A stretch of 64,000 bases of DNA from an uncultured Fidelibacterota bacterium (GTDB taxonomy: Bacteria; Fidelibacterota; Marinisomatia; Marinisomatales; Marinisomataceae). The DNA lies in assembly GCA_902538565.1 (NCBI GenBank), contig CACBFQ010000001.1, forward strand, positions 424,033-488,032. Direction: 5' to 3'. Both the position numbers and the translations under genes were made by a program. The number at the start of each line of letters is the position of its first letter. The first letter of the stretch is position 1. Below are positions 20,146 through 29,063 of the stretch, in pieces. A model generated the notes under the pieces. That model was given only the letters and a program-made list of their open reading frames with translations, was not told where the DNA came from and did not search any database.

Positions 20146-21147
20146 ATGAAAGCTATTATTTGTAAAAATTTTGCTCCGGTTTCAGAGCTAGTTTGGGAAG
20201 AGGTTGATGACCCTGTTGCCGGACCAGGAGAAATTGTTGTTGATGTAAAAGCAGCCGGTCTAAACTATCCAGACAATCTTATTGTACGGGGCTTATATCA
20301 ATTTCAACCCCAAAGACCCTTTTCTCCTGGACACGAGGGCTCTGGTGTTGTTACTTCGGTTGGATCTGATGTTCAAATGCACAGCGTTGGAGACTGCGTT
20401 GCGTTTTTTAAAGGCTTTGGTGCTTTTGCAGAAAAAATTGTAGTGTCTGAAAGAATGGCTTTTCCTATCCCTAAAAGCTTTCCTCACAAGATAGCAGCTG
20501 GCGTATTCATGGTTTATGGCACAAGCTATCATGGCCTTGTTCAGAAAGCAAAAATTAATAAGGAAGACGAGGTGTTAGTTTTGGGTGCCGCTGGCGGTGT
20601 TGGTTTAGCTGCCGTAGACATTGCAAAGTCTTTTGGTGCAAGGGTTGTGGCTGCAGTCTCTACCAAAGAAAAAGCAGAGGTGTGTAGGGGTTACGGTGTA
20701 GATGATATTGTTATATACGGCGAAGAAAAACTTGATAAGGAAGGGGAAAAATCGCTTACAAAAGAATTAAAGTCTAAAAGTGTTCGTGGGGGGTTTTCTA
20801 TCATTTATGATCCAATAGGTGACTGTTTTGCTGAGCCGGCACTGAGATCTATTGGTTGGGGAGGAACCTATCTTGTGGTTGGTTTTGCTGCGGGAAAGAT
20901 CCCGTCCTTTCCGACAAACCTAATGCTTTTAAAGGGTTGCGCTGTTTCTGGTGTTTTTATTGGAAGATTTCAACAAGAAGAGCCTCAACAAAATGCTCAA
21001 AACTTGAAAGAAATTGGTGAACTCCTTGGCTCTGGCAAACTAACCCCTTTCATATCAGAAACCATACCCATGTCAAAATCGATTGACGCAATTGAACGAA
21101 TTGCTAAGCGCGGAGTTGTTGGTAAGGTTGTTTTTATTAACGACTAA
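20146..21147 (+). CDS. NADPH:quinone oxidoreductase-like medium-chain dehydrogenase/reductase
   Basis: 333 aa. GroES-like N-domain (PGEIVVDVKAAGLNYPD), cofactor loop GAAGGVGLAAVDIAK, AGGAG Shine-Dalgarno upstream. Confidence 0.8.
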   Translation: MKAIICKNFAPVSELVWEEVDDPVAGPGEIVVDVKAAGLNYPDNLIVRGLYQFQPQRPFSPGHEGSGVVTSVGSDVQMHSVGDCVAFFKGFGAFAEKIVVSERMAFPIPKSFPHKIAAGVFMVYGTSYHGLVQKAKINKEDEVLVLGAAGGVGLAAVDIAKSFGARVVAAVSTKEKAEVCRGYGVDDIVIYGEEKLDKEGEKSLTKELKSKSVRGGFSIIYDPIGDCFAEPALRSIGWGGTYLVVGFAAGKIPSFPTNLMLLKGCAVSGVFIGRFQQEEPQQNAQNLKEIGELLGSGKLTPFISETIPMSKSIDAIERIAKRGVVGKVVFIND

Positions 21148-21479
21148 CCAAAATAAAGTAGTGCCAGGCAAAGCGACATTAATGCTACGGACGGTATAGC
21201 TTTTCTAAAGCTGCTCTTTACTCTGACGTGTGTAAGTATTGCAATTGCCATTAGCACTATAATACCCTTTAATCCTAGGTTGTTCAATTCCGGGTTTGTG
21301 CTTAATAACATTACAGCACAAGACAGTTTAATAATGCCGGTAATATCTCTTAACCAGTCCGGGTAGTTATAGTCTTTTCTGAACTCAGTAATTATGTTGT
21401 CATATCTTACAACCCACACAAAAAAAAGGGTTGTTGAAATAACAATTTTAAGCACCGTTGTCAATAGTTCTATGTTCAT
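21144..21479 (-). CDS. Small DoxX-like integral membrane protein
   Basis: 111 aa with 3-4 hydrophobic helices. The family call rests on general resemblance only. Its stop overlaps the qor-like stop (CTAA). Confidence 0.4.
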   Translation of the reverse strand: MNIELLTTVLKIVISTTLFFVWVVRYDNIITEFRKDYNYPDWLRDITGIIKLSCAVMLLSTNPELNNLGLKGIIVLMAIAILTHVRVKSSFRKAIPSVALMSLCLALLYFG

Positions 21480-21494
21480 TATATCTCTCTTTTT

Positions 21495-22112
21495 TTAATA
21501 GTCTTCAGGTAATAATTTTTTTATTTCATGCATTGTTAGTGAGGTTATGTCATCTATATTATCTCCGCTACTTGTAAATATAGGGCTTCCAAAAACAACC
21601 TTCACGCTTTCTCTTTTAAAGGATCCTATTTTTTCTAAAATTCCTTTAGTTCCTATTACTGCGGTTGGGACGATTGGTATTTCGTTTTTAATTGCAAAAT
21701 ATGCTACACCCCTTTTTCCCTCTTTAAGGCCCTCTCCTTTTATGGTTCCCTCTGGAAAAATACAGATTCTTTCATTTTTCTGTATTTGCTTTTGGATGTT
21801 TTTAATTGTAGAAATTTGAAGGTTTGATCTATTTACCAACATAACACCATAGGACCATGGTCCCCATGCTTTATACCAAGGAAGCTCTGCTTGGTCTTCG
21901 GCCATCAGATATGTAATGGGCTTACCTACTGCTGCTGTTATTGGTGCGGGGTCAACGTCGTCAATGTGATTTGGCGCAAGTATGTATGGCCCGGAAGGCG
22001 GTAAATTTTTTTTACCCTCAACGGAAAATTTCGTGAGAACGCTGCACAGCAACAGCGAAAATACCCCAATAATATACCTTATCAGCCAGCTTCTTGGGTG
22101 CGGTTCTCTCAT
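21495..22112 (-). CDS. plsC: 1-acyl-sn-glycerol-3-phosphate acyltransferase
   Basis: 205 aa. HX4D block NHIDDVD and a FPEGT block. N-terminal membrane anchor. Confidence 0.8.
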   Translation of the reverse strand: MREPHPRSWLIRYIIGVFSLLLCSVLTKFSVEGKKNLPPSGPYILAPNHIDDVDPAPITAAVGKPITYLMAEDQAELPWYKAWGPWSYGVMLVNRSNLQISTIKNIQKQIQKNERICIFPEGTIKGEGLKEGKRGVAYFAIKNEIPIVPTAVIGTKGILEKIGSFKRESVKVVFGSPIFTSSGDNIDDITSLTMHEIKKLLPEDY

Positions 22113-22115
22113 TTT

Positions 22116-22556
22116 TTAAAAAGGTAAGTCGTCGTCTACTGTTTGATCTAGGTTTTCTTTTTTTACAGGCTCCTGGTTCATTCCGGAAGAGGAATCAAGA
22201 CTGTTTTCTCCTCCGCCCAAAATTTGAATACCGCCATAATTATTAGCAACAACTCCCGTTGAATATCTTTCATTTCCCTCTTTGTCTTGCCACTTGTCAG
22301 TCTTCAAAGATCCTTCTATATAAACCAAGGTTCCTTTCTTTACATATGGTTGAACATATTTTTCTGCAGTTGAGCCAAACACGGTTACTTTTGTCCACTC
22401 TGTTCTTTCTTGCATCTCGCCATCTTTACTTTTCCATGACTCGTTTGTTGCAACGCTAAAACTAGCTACAGCTGCACCGTCTCCGGTAAACCTTATCTCT
22501 GGATCTTGCCCAAGCCTGCCTATTAGTGTTACTTTATTTACTGTTCCCTTTGCCAT
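22116..22556 (-). CDS. ssb: Single-stranded DNA-binding protein
   Basis: 146 aa. OB-fold N-terminus (NKVTLIGRLGQDPE), Gly-rich linker, acidic tail ending DDDLPF. Confidence 0.95.
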   Translation of the reverse strand: MAKGTVNKVTLIGRLGQDPEIRFTGDGAAVASFSVATNESWKSKDGEMQERTEWTKVTVFGSTAEKYVQPYVKKGTLVYIEGSLKTDKWQDKEGNERYSTGVVANNYGGIQILGGGENSLDSSSGMNQEPVKKENLDQTVDDDLPF

Positions 22557-22566
22557 TTTCTTTCCT

Positions 22567-23907
22567 TTAACTAAGATTTAGTTCGTTATAAATAATATCT
22601 ACTCTTCTTTTAAATTTATCGTCATTTTTTAATAGTTCTGAGACCTTTTTATGTGCGTGCATAATTGTTGTGTGGTCTCTTCCTCCCAGATGTACCCCTA
22701 TTTCGCTCAAAGGCATATCCAAAACCTCTCTCGCCAAATATGCTGCAACCTGTCTTGCTTGTGCAATATTTTTTCTTCTAGACTGCCCCACCATTTCTTC
22801 TTGAGAAACAGAAAAGATGCTACAAACTCCACTGACAACATCTTGCATATTAACCTGTCCGTATCCTTGGTCTCCGAGCCTTTCTCTTATTATAGACTCC
22901 ACAAGCGCTTCATTAATTTTGTCTCCAGAAAGAGTCGCGTGTGCAAATATTTTTGTTACACAGCTTTCTAGGTCCCTTATATTTGTCCTAACGTGTGATG
23001 CTATCTTTTCAAGGTGGCTTCCTTCGATTTTCATATTGTTTTGTTTTGCCTTTGTTGACAATATGGCAACCCTTGTTTCAAAGTCTGGTGGCTGAATATC
23101 TGCATGAAGCCCAGACTCAAACCTTGATAACAACCTATCTTGAAGACCGACCATTTCTCCCGGATATCTGTCGGCTGTCATTACAATCTGCTTTCCGTTT
23201 GTATAAAGCTCGTTAAATGTGTGAAAAAACTGTTCTTGGGTCTGCTCTTTTCCTTGAAAAAACTGTATGTCGTCAATTAATAAAACATCGGCGTTTCTAT
23301 AAACCTTAGAAAAGTCCAACGTTTTATTTTCTTGAATGCTCGCAATAAAGTCGTTTGTAAATTTTTCCGAAGAGGCCAGTACCACGTTTATTTCCTTTTT
23401 TGATCCGATTAGTTCGTTTGCAATTGAATGTAAAAGGTGTGTTTTTCCAAGCCCAACGCCACCATAAATTATAAGAGGGTTAAAATCTGCTGTTCCAGGA
23501 GTGCTTGCAACTTTATGTGCTGCGTTCTTTGCAAAAATGTTATTTGGCCCCTCAATAAACGAAGAAAAGATGTTTGATGGATTTATGTTGTTTCTTTTCC
23601 CTGCATTGCTCTGCTTGGTTGTTTCTTCTTTATCAAGCTCAACAGAAGAAATGTTTTGTTCTGATTGGGGGGCTATAGAAACCTTTAACTGTAAAGCGCT
23701 ATCAACATCTTTTAGAGAAGACAATATGATATCTTGATAATTATTAACAATCCAGTCATATGCAAACTGGTTTGGGGCTTCAACAATAAAGATATCGTTT
23801 GTTATGCCAACCGGAGACAGTGTTTCAATCCATGCTTCGTAGGCGTGTGCAGGCAAGCTGCTTTTAAGATCCTCGTCGGTTTTTTTCCAAATATTTTTGT
23901 AATCCAT
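22567..23907 (-). CDS. dnaA: Chromosomal replication initiator DnaA
   Basis: 446 aa. AAA+ Walker A GGVGLGKTHL, LLIDDIQF, and a C-terminal DNA-binding domain (..GGRDHTTIMHAHKKV..). Confidence 0.97.
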   Translation of the reverse strand: MDYKNIWKKTDEDLKSSLPAHAYEAWIETLSPVGITNDIFIVEAPNQFAYDWIVNNYQDIILSSLKDVDSALQLKVSIAPQSEQNISSVELDKEETTKQSNAGKRNNINPSNIFSSFIEGPNNIFAKNAAHKVASTPGTADFNPLIIYGGVGLGKTHLLHSIANELIGSKKEINVVLASSEKFTNDFIASIQENKTLDFSKVYRNADVLLIDDIQFFQGKEQTQEQFFHTFNELYTNGKQIVMTADRYPGEMVGLQDRLLSRFESGLHADIQPPDFETRVAILSTKAKQNNMKIEGSHLEKIASHVRTNIRDLESCVTKIFAHATLSGDKINEALVESIIRERLGDQGYGQVNMQDVVSGVCSIFSVSQEEMVGQSRRKNIAQARQVAAYLAREVLDMPLSEIGVHLGGRDHTTIMHAHKKVSELLKNDDKFKRRVDIIYNELNLS

Positions 23908-23910
23908 TAG

Positions 23911-23919
23911 TTATCCACA
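23911..23919. promoter_or_regulatory. Perfect consensus DnaA box TTATCCACA, 3 nt upstream of the dnaA start codon
   Basis: Read directly: cat-tag-TTATCCACA at 23905-23919. It lies in the 152-bp AT-rich dnaA/rpmH divergent spacer. Confidence 0.7.
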
Positions 23920-24059
23920 GGTTATTAACATATTTTTATTTATGTATCATTTACTTTACGTTCTTTTTGTTTTGTTGCATAGAACTTTTTAGGATTTTTG
24001 AAATCTTTTATTTGTTTTACAAATAGTTTTATTAAACTATATTTCGGCAATATACTATT

Positions 24060-24200
24060 ATGAAAAGAACTTATCAGCCTAGTAACAGAAAAAGGAAAAA
24101 TAAGCACGGTTTTATGAAAAGAAAATCGACCGTTGGTGGCAAGAAGGTTTTATCTTCTCGTATGAAAAAGGGTCGTAAACGTCTTACCGTTTCTTCATAA
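24060..24200 (+). CDS. rpmH: 50S ribosomal protein L34
   Basis: Below the ORF-track size cutoff. My translation is [46 protein letters not shown] (46 aa), the canonical L34 sequence pattern. Confidence 0.9.
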   Translation: MKRTYQPSNRKRKNKHGFMKRKSTVGGKKVLSSRMKKGRKRLTVSS

Positions 24201-24201
24201 A

Positions 24202-25869
24202 ATGGATCGTAAAACTCTCACTGGTTTTATTCTAATCGGTGCAATTTTATTGTTGTGGCCAAGCTATCTTGAACTAATTTCTCCCTCAGAAAAAAACGAC
24301 GGTGACGTTGTTTCTCCTGACACCTCTTTGGTAGAAAAATATTCGGAACCAGTCCTCGAAGACCCTGTTAAAACAATTTTAGAAAGTTCTGCTGTTGAGG
24401 AACAAACGTTTACTATTAAGGGCAAAAACTATCTTGCAGAGATAAGCAATGTCGGCGGAGGTTCGGTAGTTTCTTATAGCCTTACAAAACACCTTAAAAA
24501 ATCAGAAGATACTTTAAACATGATTGATGCTTACAACTCTAATAATCTAATTGTAAGTTTTGTAAACCAGTCTGGTGAAATTGTTTCCTTAGACAAAAGC
24601 TGGAAATTAATTTCTGGGGGCTCAGTTGATCTTTCTGAAGCAAAACCCAAGACGTCTTTATTGTTTGCCACTGAACATCTTGGTAGATCGGTTACAAAAG
24701 AATTGGTTTTTAGCTTTAATTCTTATGAAATAGATATTTCAACCTCTTTAAGAGGTCTAAAGGATGTTTCTTTAGATGAAAAATATACGTTATCTTGGGT
24801 TGGAGGCCTACCAGAACACGAAGGGCCTCAAGATGCAATGTTTATGGAGGGCTTAATAAGTCAGGCTGGCAGCATCGAGTCTTTTAGAGTTGGGGCTGCG
24901 GGCTTTTTTGGGTCATCAAACACCAACAACATTGATGCCGAAGAAAAAAGGTATGTTGGACAAGCAGACTTTGCTGGATATAGAACAAAATATTTTGGTC
25001 TCTTTTTTGTTCCTCAAAAATCAGATTTAGTTGAAATAACAAAATATCCAACCCCCCTAAGGGCTGGGGTTAATGTTAACATTACTCAAGACATAAACCT
25101 TGAAAAAAACAAGCTTTATCTCGGACCCCTTGACTATTCTAGCGTTGAAAATCTCGGTGTTGGTCTCGAAGAAAAAATTTTAGGCTGGCAATGGCTTTCT
25201 TCTGTCTCTTGGCTTGTTTACAGCATTATGATAATTCTGTATGGGTTTATACCCAACTATGGTGTTGTTGTTGTACTTTTTGCGGTTTTAATCAAGCTTG
25301 TTACATACCCCCTAATGGCAAAGCAACTTAGATCCTCAAAGAAAATGCAAGAAATATCTCCTTTGATGAATCAAATTAAAATAAAATACAAAAATAACCC
25401 AACCCTACAACAACAAAAAATGGCGGCGCTTTTTCAGGAAAACAAAATAAATCCCCTGGCTGGCTGTTTACCCCTTTTAATTCAAATGCCGGTTTTAATG
25501 TCAGTCTTTATGGTTTTTAGAAATACTATTGAGTTTAGGGGCGAATCTTTCTTTTTGTGGATTAATGATCTTTCGGCTGCCGACACGCTTTTTAGTTTTG
25601 GGGAAATACCGATTAATATATTGCCCTTTTTAATGGCTGGCTCTATGTATTATACAATGAAACTGAGTTCAGCTTCTCAGCCTGCTGGAGGAGACCCCGC
25701 ACAAGAAGCAACTCAACAAATGATGAAATATATGTTTCCTGGTATGATGTTCTTTTTATTTTATTCCTTCCCATCCGGACTAAATCTATATTATTTGTGT
25801 TTTAATGTAATGCAAATAGCACAGCAAAAAATAATCAATAACGAAAAAACAGAAACCGTAAGGAAATAA
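24202..25869 (+). CDS. yidC: Membrane protein insertase YidC
   Basis: 555 aa. N-terminal TM, a large periplasmic domain, and a C-terminal 60-kDa IMP core (KLVTYPL..KQLRSSKKMQEISP..NPLAGCLPLLIQMPV). Confidence 0.9.
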   Translation: MDRKTLTGFILIGAILLLWPSYLELISPSEKNDGDVVSPDTSLVEKYSEPVLEDPVKTILESSAVEEQTFTIKGKNYLAEISNVGGGSVVSYSLTKHLKKSEDTLNMIDAYNSNNLIVSFVNQSGEIVSLDKSWKLISGGSVDLSEAKPKTSLLFATEHLGRSVTKELVFSFNSYEIDISTSLRGLKDVSLDEKYTLSWVGGLPEHEGPQDAMFMEGLISQAGSIESFRVGAAGFFGSSNTNNIDAEEKRYVGQADFAGYRTKYFGLFFVPQKSDLVEITKYPTPLRAGVNVNITQDINLEKNKLYLGPLDYSSVENLGVGLEEKILGWQWLSSVSWLVYSIMIILYGFIPNYGVVVVLFAVLIKLVTYPLMAKQLRSSKKMQEISPLMNQIKIKYKNNPTLQQQKMAALFQENKINPLAGCLPLLIQMPVLMSVFMVFRNTIEFRGESFFLWINDLSAADTLFSFGEIPINILPFLMAGSMYYTMKLSSASQPAGGDPAQEATQQMMKYMFPGMMFFLFYSFPSGLNLYYLCFNVMQIAQQKIINNEKTETVRK

Positions 25870-25871
25870 TC

Positions 25872-27161
25872 TTGGCTATTGTTGCCTGTTCAACACCTCC
25901 CGGCGTTAGTGGTATTGCCGTTGTTAGAATTTCAGGAGAAGATGCAATAAAAAATGTTTCTACCTTTGTTAAAGACAGCCCCCTCGATAAAGCGCGCCCC
26001 GTTTCAAAGGTTTGTTTTCTCGTCGACAGGGACGGTGAAGTCTTTGATGAAGCTATAGTTACAAGCTACATTAGCCCAAACTCATATACTGGAGAAAACT
26101 TGGTGGAGATATCGTGCCACGGAAACCCTAAAATCGTTTCAAAAATAATTGATCTTTCTGTTGATGCCGGCTCGAGGCTAGCAGAAGCCGGTGAATTTAC
26201 AAAAGTTGCTTTTTTAAATGGAAAGCTTGACCTTTCTGAAGCAGAGGCTGTTGCGTCAGTAATTCACTCTTTGTCTTTGGCGGGCGTTAAGGCTGGAATT
26301 AAAAATCTTAGGGGCGGTTTATCAAAAGAAATATATTCTATTAAGTCTTCTCTTGTGTCTATTGTTGCAAACCTTGAATTTAATCTCGACATATCGGAGG
26401 AAGACCTACAGCCAAACCTTTTAAAAAACTCAGAAAAAACGATTTTAGAGACAATCAAAAAGCTAGACGCCTGTATAACTTCTTTTAAAGAAACAAAAAT
26501 GTTTCAATCTGGTGCATCCGTTGTAATCTTAGGACCACCAAACGCAGGGAAGTCAACACTGTTCAATTATCTTGTTAATAAAAATCAATCAATTGTTACA
26601 GATGTTGAAGGAACAACAAGAGATGTTATAGAAAAAAGTATAAATATTAATGGCTTACCTATACTATTAAAGGACACGGCAGGAATTAGAGAATCTGGTG
26701 ATGATGTAGAAAAAATTGGTGTTGAAAGGTCTTTTGTCGAGGCAAAAGATGCTGATTTGACTATTATATTAAACGATATGAATCTCTCTTTCGAAGGTGT
26801 TAAACACATCCATGTTTTTAATAAATCAGACATTAAAAGCCCAGACAAAAAATATGATATTTCTATTTCTGCTAAAACGGGGAAAAATGTTAAAGAGCTA
26901 AAAGAGGTCATTTATAACAACCTAATTAGCAACAAAACCAAAACTGATACTCTTTTAACTTCTAAAAGACAATATAATGCAATAAAAAGTGCGTTAAAAC
27001 ACACAAAAGATGCTTATTCGTTGTTGGTTGCCGAAGATTCTATGGAGCTTTTGGTAGAAGATATTAACAGATCAATAAGCTTTCTCGACAGTATAACAAA
27101 AAAAACAACAAAAGATGATGTTCTAGATGCGGTTTTTTCATCCTTTTGTGTAGGAAAATAG
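25872..27161 (+). CDS. mnmE: tRNA modification GTPase MnmE
   Basis: TTG start. GIAVVRISG N-domain, G-domain GPPNAGKSTLFN and DTAGIR, C-terminal FCVGK motif. Confidence 0.92.
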   Translation: MAIVACSTPPGVSGIAVVRISGEDAIKNVSTFVKDSPLDKARPVSKVCFLVDRDGEVFDEAIVTSYISPNSYTGENLVEISCHGNPKIVSKIIDLSVDAGSRLAEAGEFTKVAFLNGKLDLSEAEAVASVIHSLSLAGVKAGIKNLRGGLSKEIYSIKSSLVSIVANLEFNLDISEEDLQPNLLKNSEKTILETIKKLDACITSFKETKMFQSGASVVILGPPNAGKSTLFNYLVNKNQSIVTDVEGTTRDVIEKSININGLPILLKDTAGIRESGDDVEKIGVERSFVEAKDADLTIILNDMNLSFEGVKHIHVFNKSDIKSPDKKYDISISAKTGKNVKELKEVIYNNLISNKTKTDTLLTSKRQYNAIKSALKHTKDAYSLLVAEDSMELLVEDINRSISFLDSITKKTTKDDVLDAVFSSFCVGK

Positions 27162-27175
27162 TTTCACGTGAAACG
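27160..27175. promoter_or_regulatory. parS-like ParB binding site AGTTTCACGTGAAACG (14/16 to TGTTNCACGTGAAACA)
   Basis: Perfect 14-bp palindrome GTTTCACGTGAAAC at 27161-27174. It spans the last base of the mnmE stop codon and the mnmG GTG start. Confidence 0.75.
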
Positions 27176-29063
27176 CCCACAAAATAAATATGATTTAGTT
27201 GTTGTTGGGGGTGGACATGCTGGAATTGAAGCAGCTCTAATTGCCCACAAAAGAGGTATTAAAACTCTTTTAGTTTCTATGGATAAAAAATCTGTAGGTC
27301 GAACGTCTTGCAACCCAGCTGTTGGGGGGCTTGCAAAAGGACAAATGATAAAAGAGGTTGATGTTTTAGGTGGAATGATGGGGTTTTTTGCGGATTTATC
27401 TACACTACAAAGCAAAACACTCAACAAGTCAAAAGGGAGGTCTGTTTGGTCTCCCAGGTCCCAAATCGATAAAAACCTCTATGAAAAAACTGCCCAAAAA
27501 TATATTAAAGAACAAGGTCTTGATGTTTTAGAGGGAGAAGCTGTATCTCTAAATGTAAGAAAAGACTGCGTTCGTGGGGTCTTTTTAAAAGATGGTTCAG
27601 AAATTACTTGTTCGGCAGTGGTTTTGACCTGTGGAACCTTCTTAAATGGGTTAATTCACATTGGATCTAAACAAATTAATGCAGGAAGATATGGAGAAAA
27701 AAGAGCTGAAGGAATTACAGAAAACCTAAACAGCTTAGGTTTAAAAAATGGAAGACTAAAAACCGGAACACCTCCAAGAATAAAAAAGTCTTCTGTCAAT
27801 TGGAGTAAGGGAGAAGCTGGATATGGAGATAAAAATCCCTCTCCCCTGTCTTATAGAACAAAAAACTTTTCTCCAAAAGATGAGCCTTGTTATTCATTTC
27901 GAACAAATAGCAACACACACAATATTATTTTAGACAACCTTTCTTCTTCCGCTATGTATTCTGGAAAAGATATGGCAACTGGGCCCAGATATTGCCCCTC
28001 TATTGAGGACAAAGTATATAAATTTAACCAAAACCCTTCCCATGTTTTACAGCTAGAACCAGAATGGACCATGTCTGAACAAATATATGTAAACGGTTTT
28101 TCAACCAGTCTTGAAGAAAAAATTCAGTTAGAATCGCTCAAAACAGTTAGCGGCTTAGAAAACGTAGAGTTTATAAGACCTGGATATGCGATTGAATATG
28201 ATTTTTTTTATCCCTCTCAACTGAATAACACACTCGAGAGCAAAGCTGTCTCTGGATTGTTTATGGCAGGACAAATAAATGGGACCTCGGGATATGAAGA
28301 GGCCTCGTCACAAGGCATTATAGCAGGCATAAACGCCTCTTGTTTTATTTTAAATGAAGGTCCTTTAGTTTTAAGAAGAAATGATGCTTATGTAGGAGTA
28401 TTAATTGACGATTTAATATTAAAAGACACCAACGAACCATATAGAATGTTTACCTCAAGGGCAGAATATAGATTACAACTAAGATCTTCTAATGCAGATC
28501 AGAGATTATTAACAAAATCAAGAAAATATGGTCTTCTCGACAATCAAACAATGGAAAAATTAAGTGAAAAAATAGAAAATACTACAAACATGGTTAGGTT
28601 TCTTGAAGACAATAACATAAATCCAAAAACAATTAATGAAAGGCTGGAAGAGTTGGGTGAAAAACCAATAAAAGAACCTACTCGTATGTCAAATATTCTT
28701 AAAAGACCAAAAGTGTCTATATCAGATATCAAAATAGATAATAAAGAAAGCAAAAGTGCTCTCACAAATTATATGAAAGAAGAAATTTTATTTGAAGCGG
28801 AAACAATTATTAAATATAGTGGTTATATAAATAGACAAAAGGAAGAAATTGATAAAATTGAAATATATGAAAACATGATTATTCCTGAAAAATTTGATTA
28901 TAATGATATTAAAAGTCTTTCAAATGAAAGCAGAGAAAAGTTTATAAACATAAAACCACAAACAGTTGGACAAGCACAAAGAATAAATGGTATTAGACCA
29001 TCGGATATTTCAATTTTATTAGTATATTTAAAACGTCCGTTTCACGTGAAACAAATAAAATGA
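27168..29063 (+). CDS. mnmG: tRNA uridine 5-carboxymethylaminomethyl modification enzyme MnmG (GidA)
   Basis: 631 aa. YDLVVVGGGHAGIEAA FAD-binding N-terminus. The GTG at 27168 is the only in-frame start upstream of that motif. Confidence 0.95.
   Translation: MKRPQNKYDLVVVGGGHAGIEAALIAHKRGIKTLLVSMDKKSVGRTSCNPAVGGLAKGQMIKEVDVLGGMMGFFADLSTLQSKTLNKSKGRSVWSPRSQIDKNLYEKTAQKYIKEQGLDVLEGEAVSLNVRKDCVRGVFLKDGSEITCSAVVLTCGTFLNGLIHIGSKQINAGRYGEKRAEGITENLNSLGLKNGRLKTGTPPRIKKSSVNWSKGEAGYGDKNPSPLSYRTKNFSPKDEPCYSFRTNSNTHNIILDNLSSSAMYSGKDMATGPRYCPSIEDKVYKFNQNPSHVLQLEPEWTMSEQIYVNGFSTSLEEKIQLESLKTVSGLENVEFIRPGYAIEYDFFYPSQLNNTLESKAVSGLFMAGQINGTSGYEEASSQGIIAGINASCFILNEGPLVLRRNDAYVGVLIDDLILKDTNEPYRMFTSRAEYRLQLRSSNADQRLLTKSRKYGLLDNQTMEKLSEKIENTTNMVRFLEDNNINPKTINERLEELGEKPIKEPTRMSNILKRPKVSISDIKIDNKESKSALTNYMKEEILFEAETIIKYSGYINRQKEEIDKIEIYENMIIPEKFDYNDIKSLSNESREKFINIKPQTVGQAQRINGIRPSDISILLVYLKRPFHVKQIK
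29038..29053. promoter_or_regulatory. parS-like ParB binding site CGTTTCACGTGAAACA (15/16 to consensus)
   Basis: The second copy of GTTTCACGTGAAAC is at 29039-29052. It lies inside the last codons of mnmG, encoding ..PFHVKQIK*. Confidence 0.75.
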
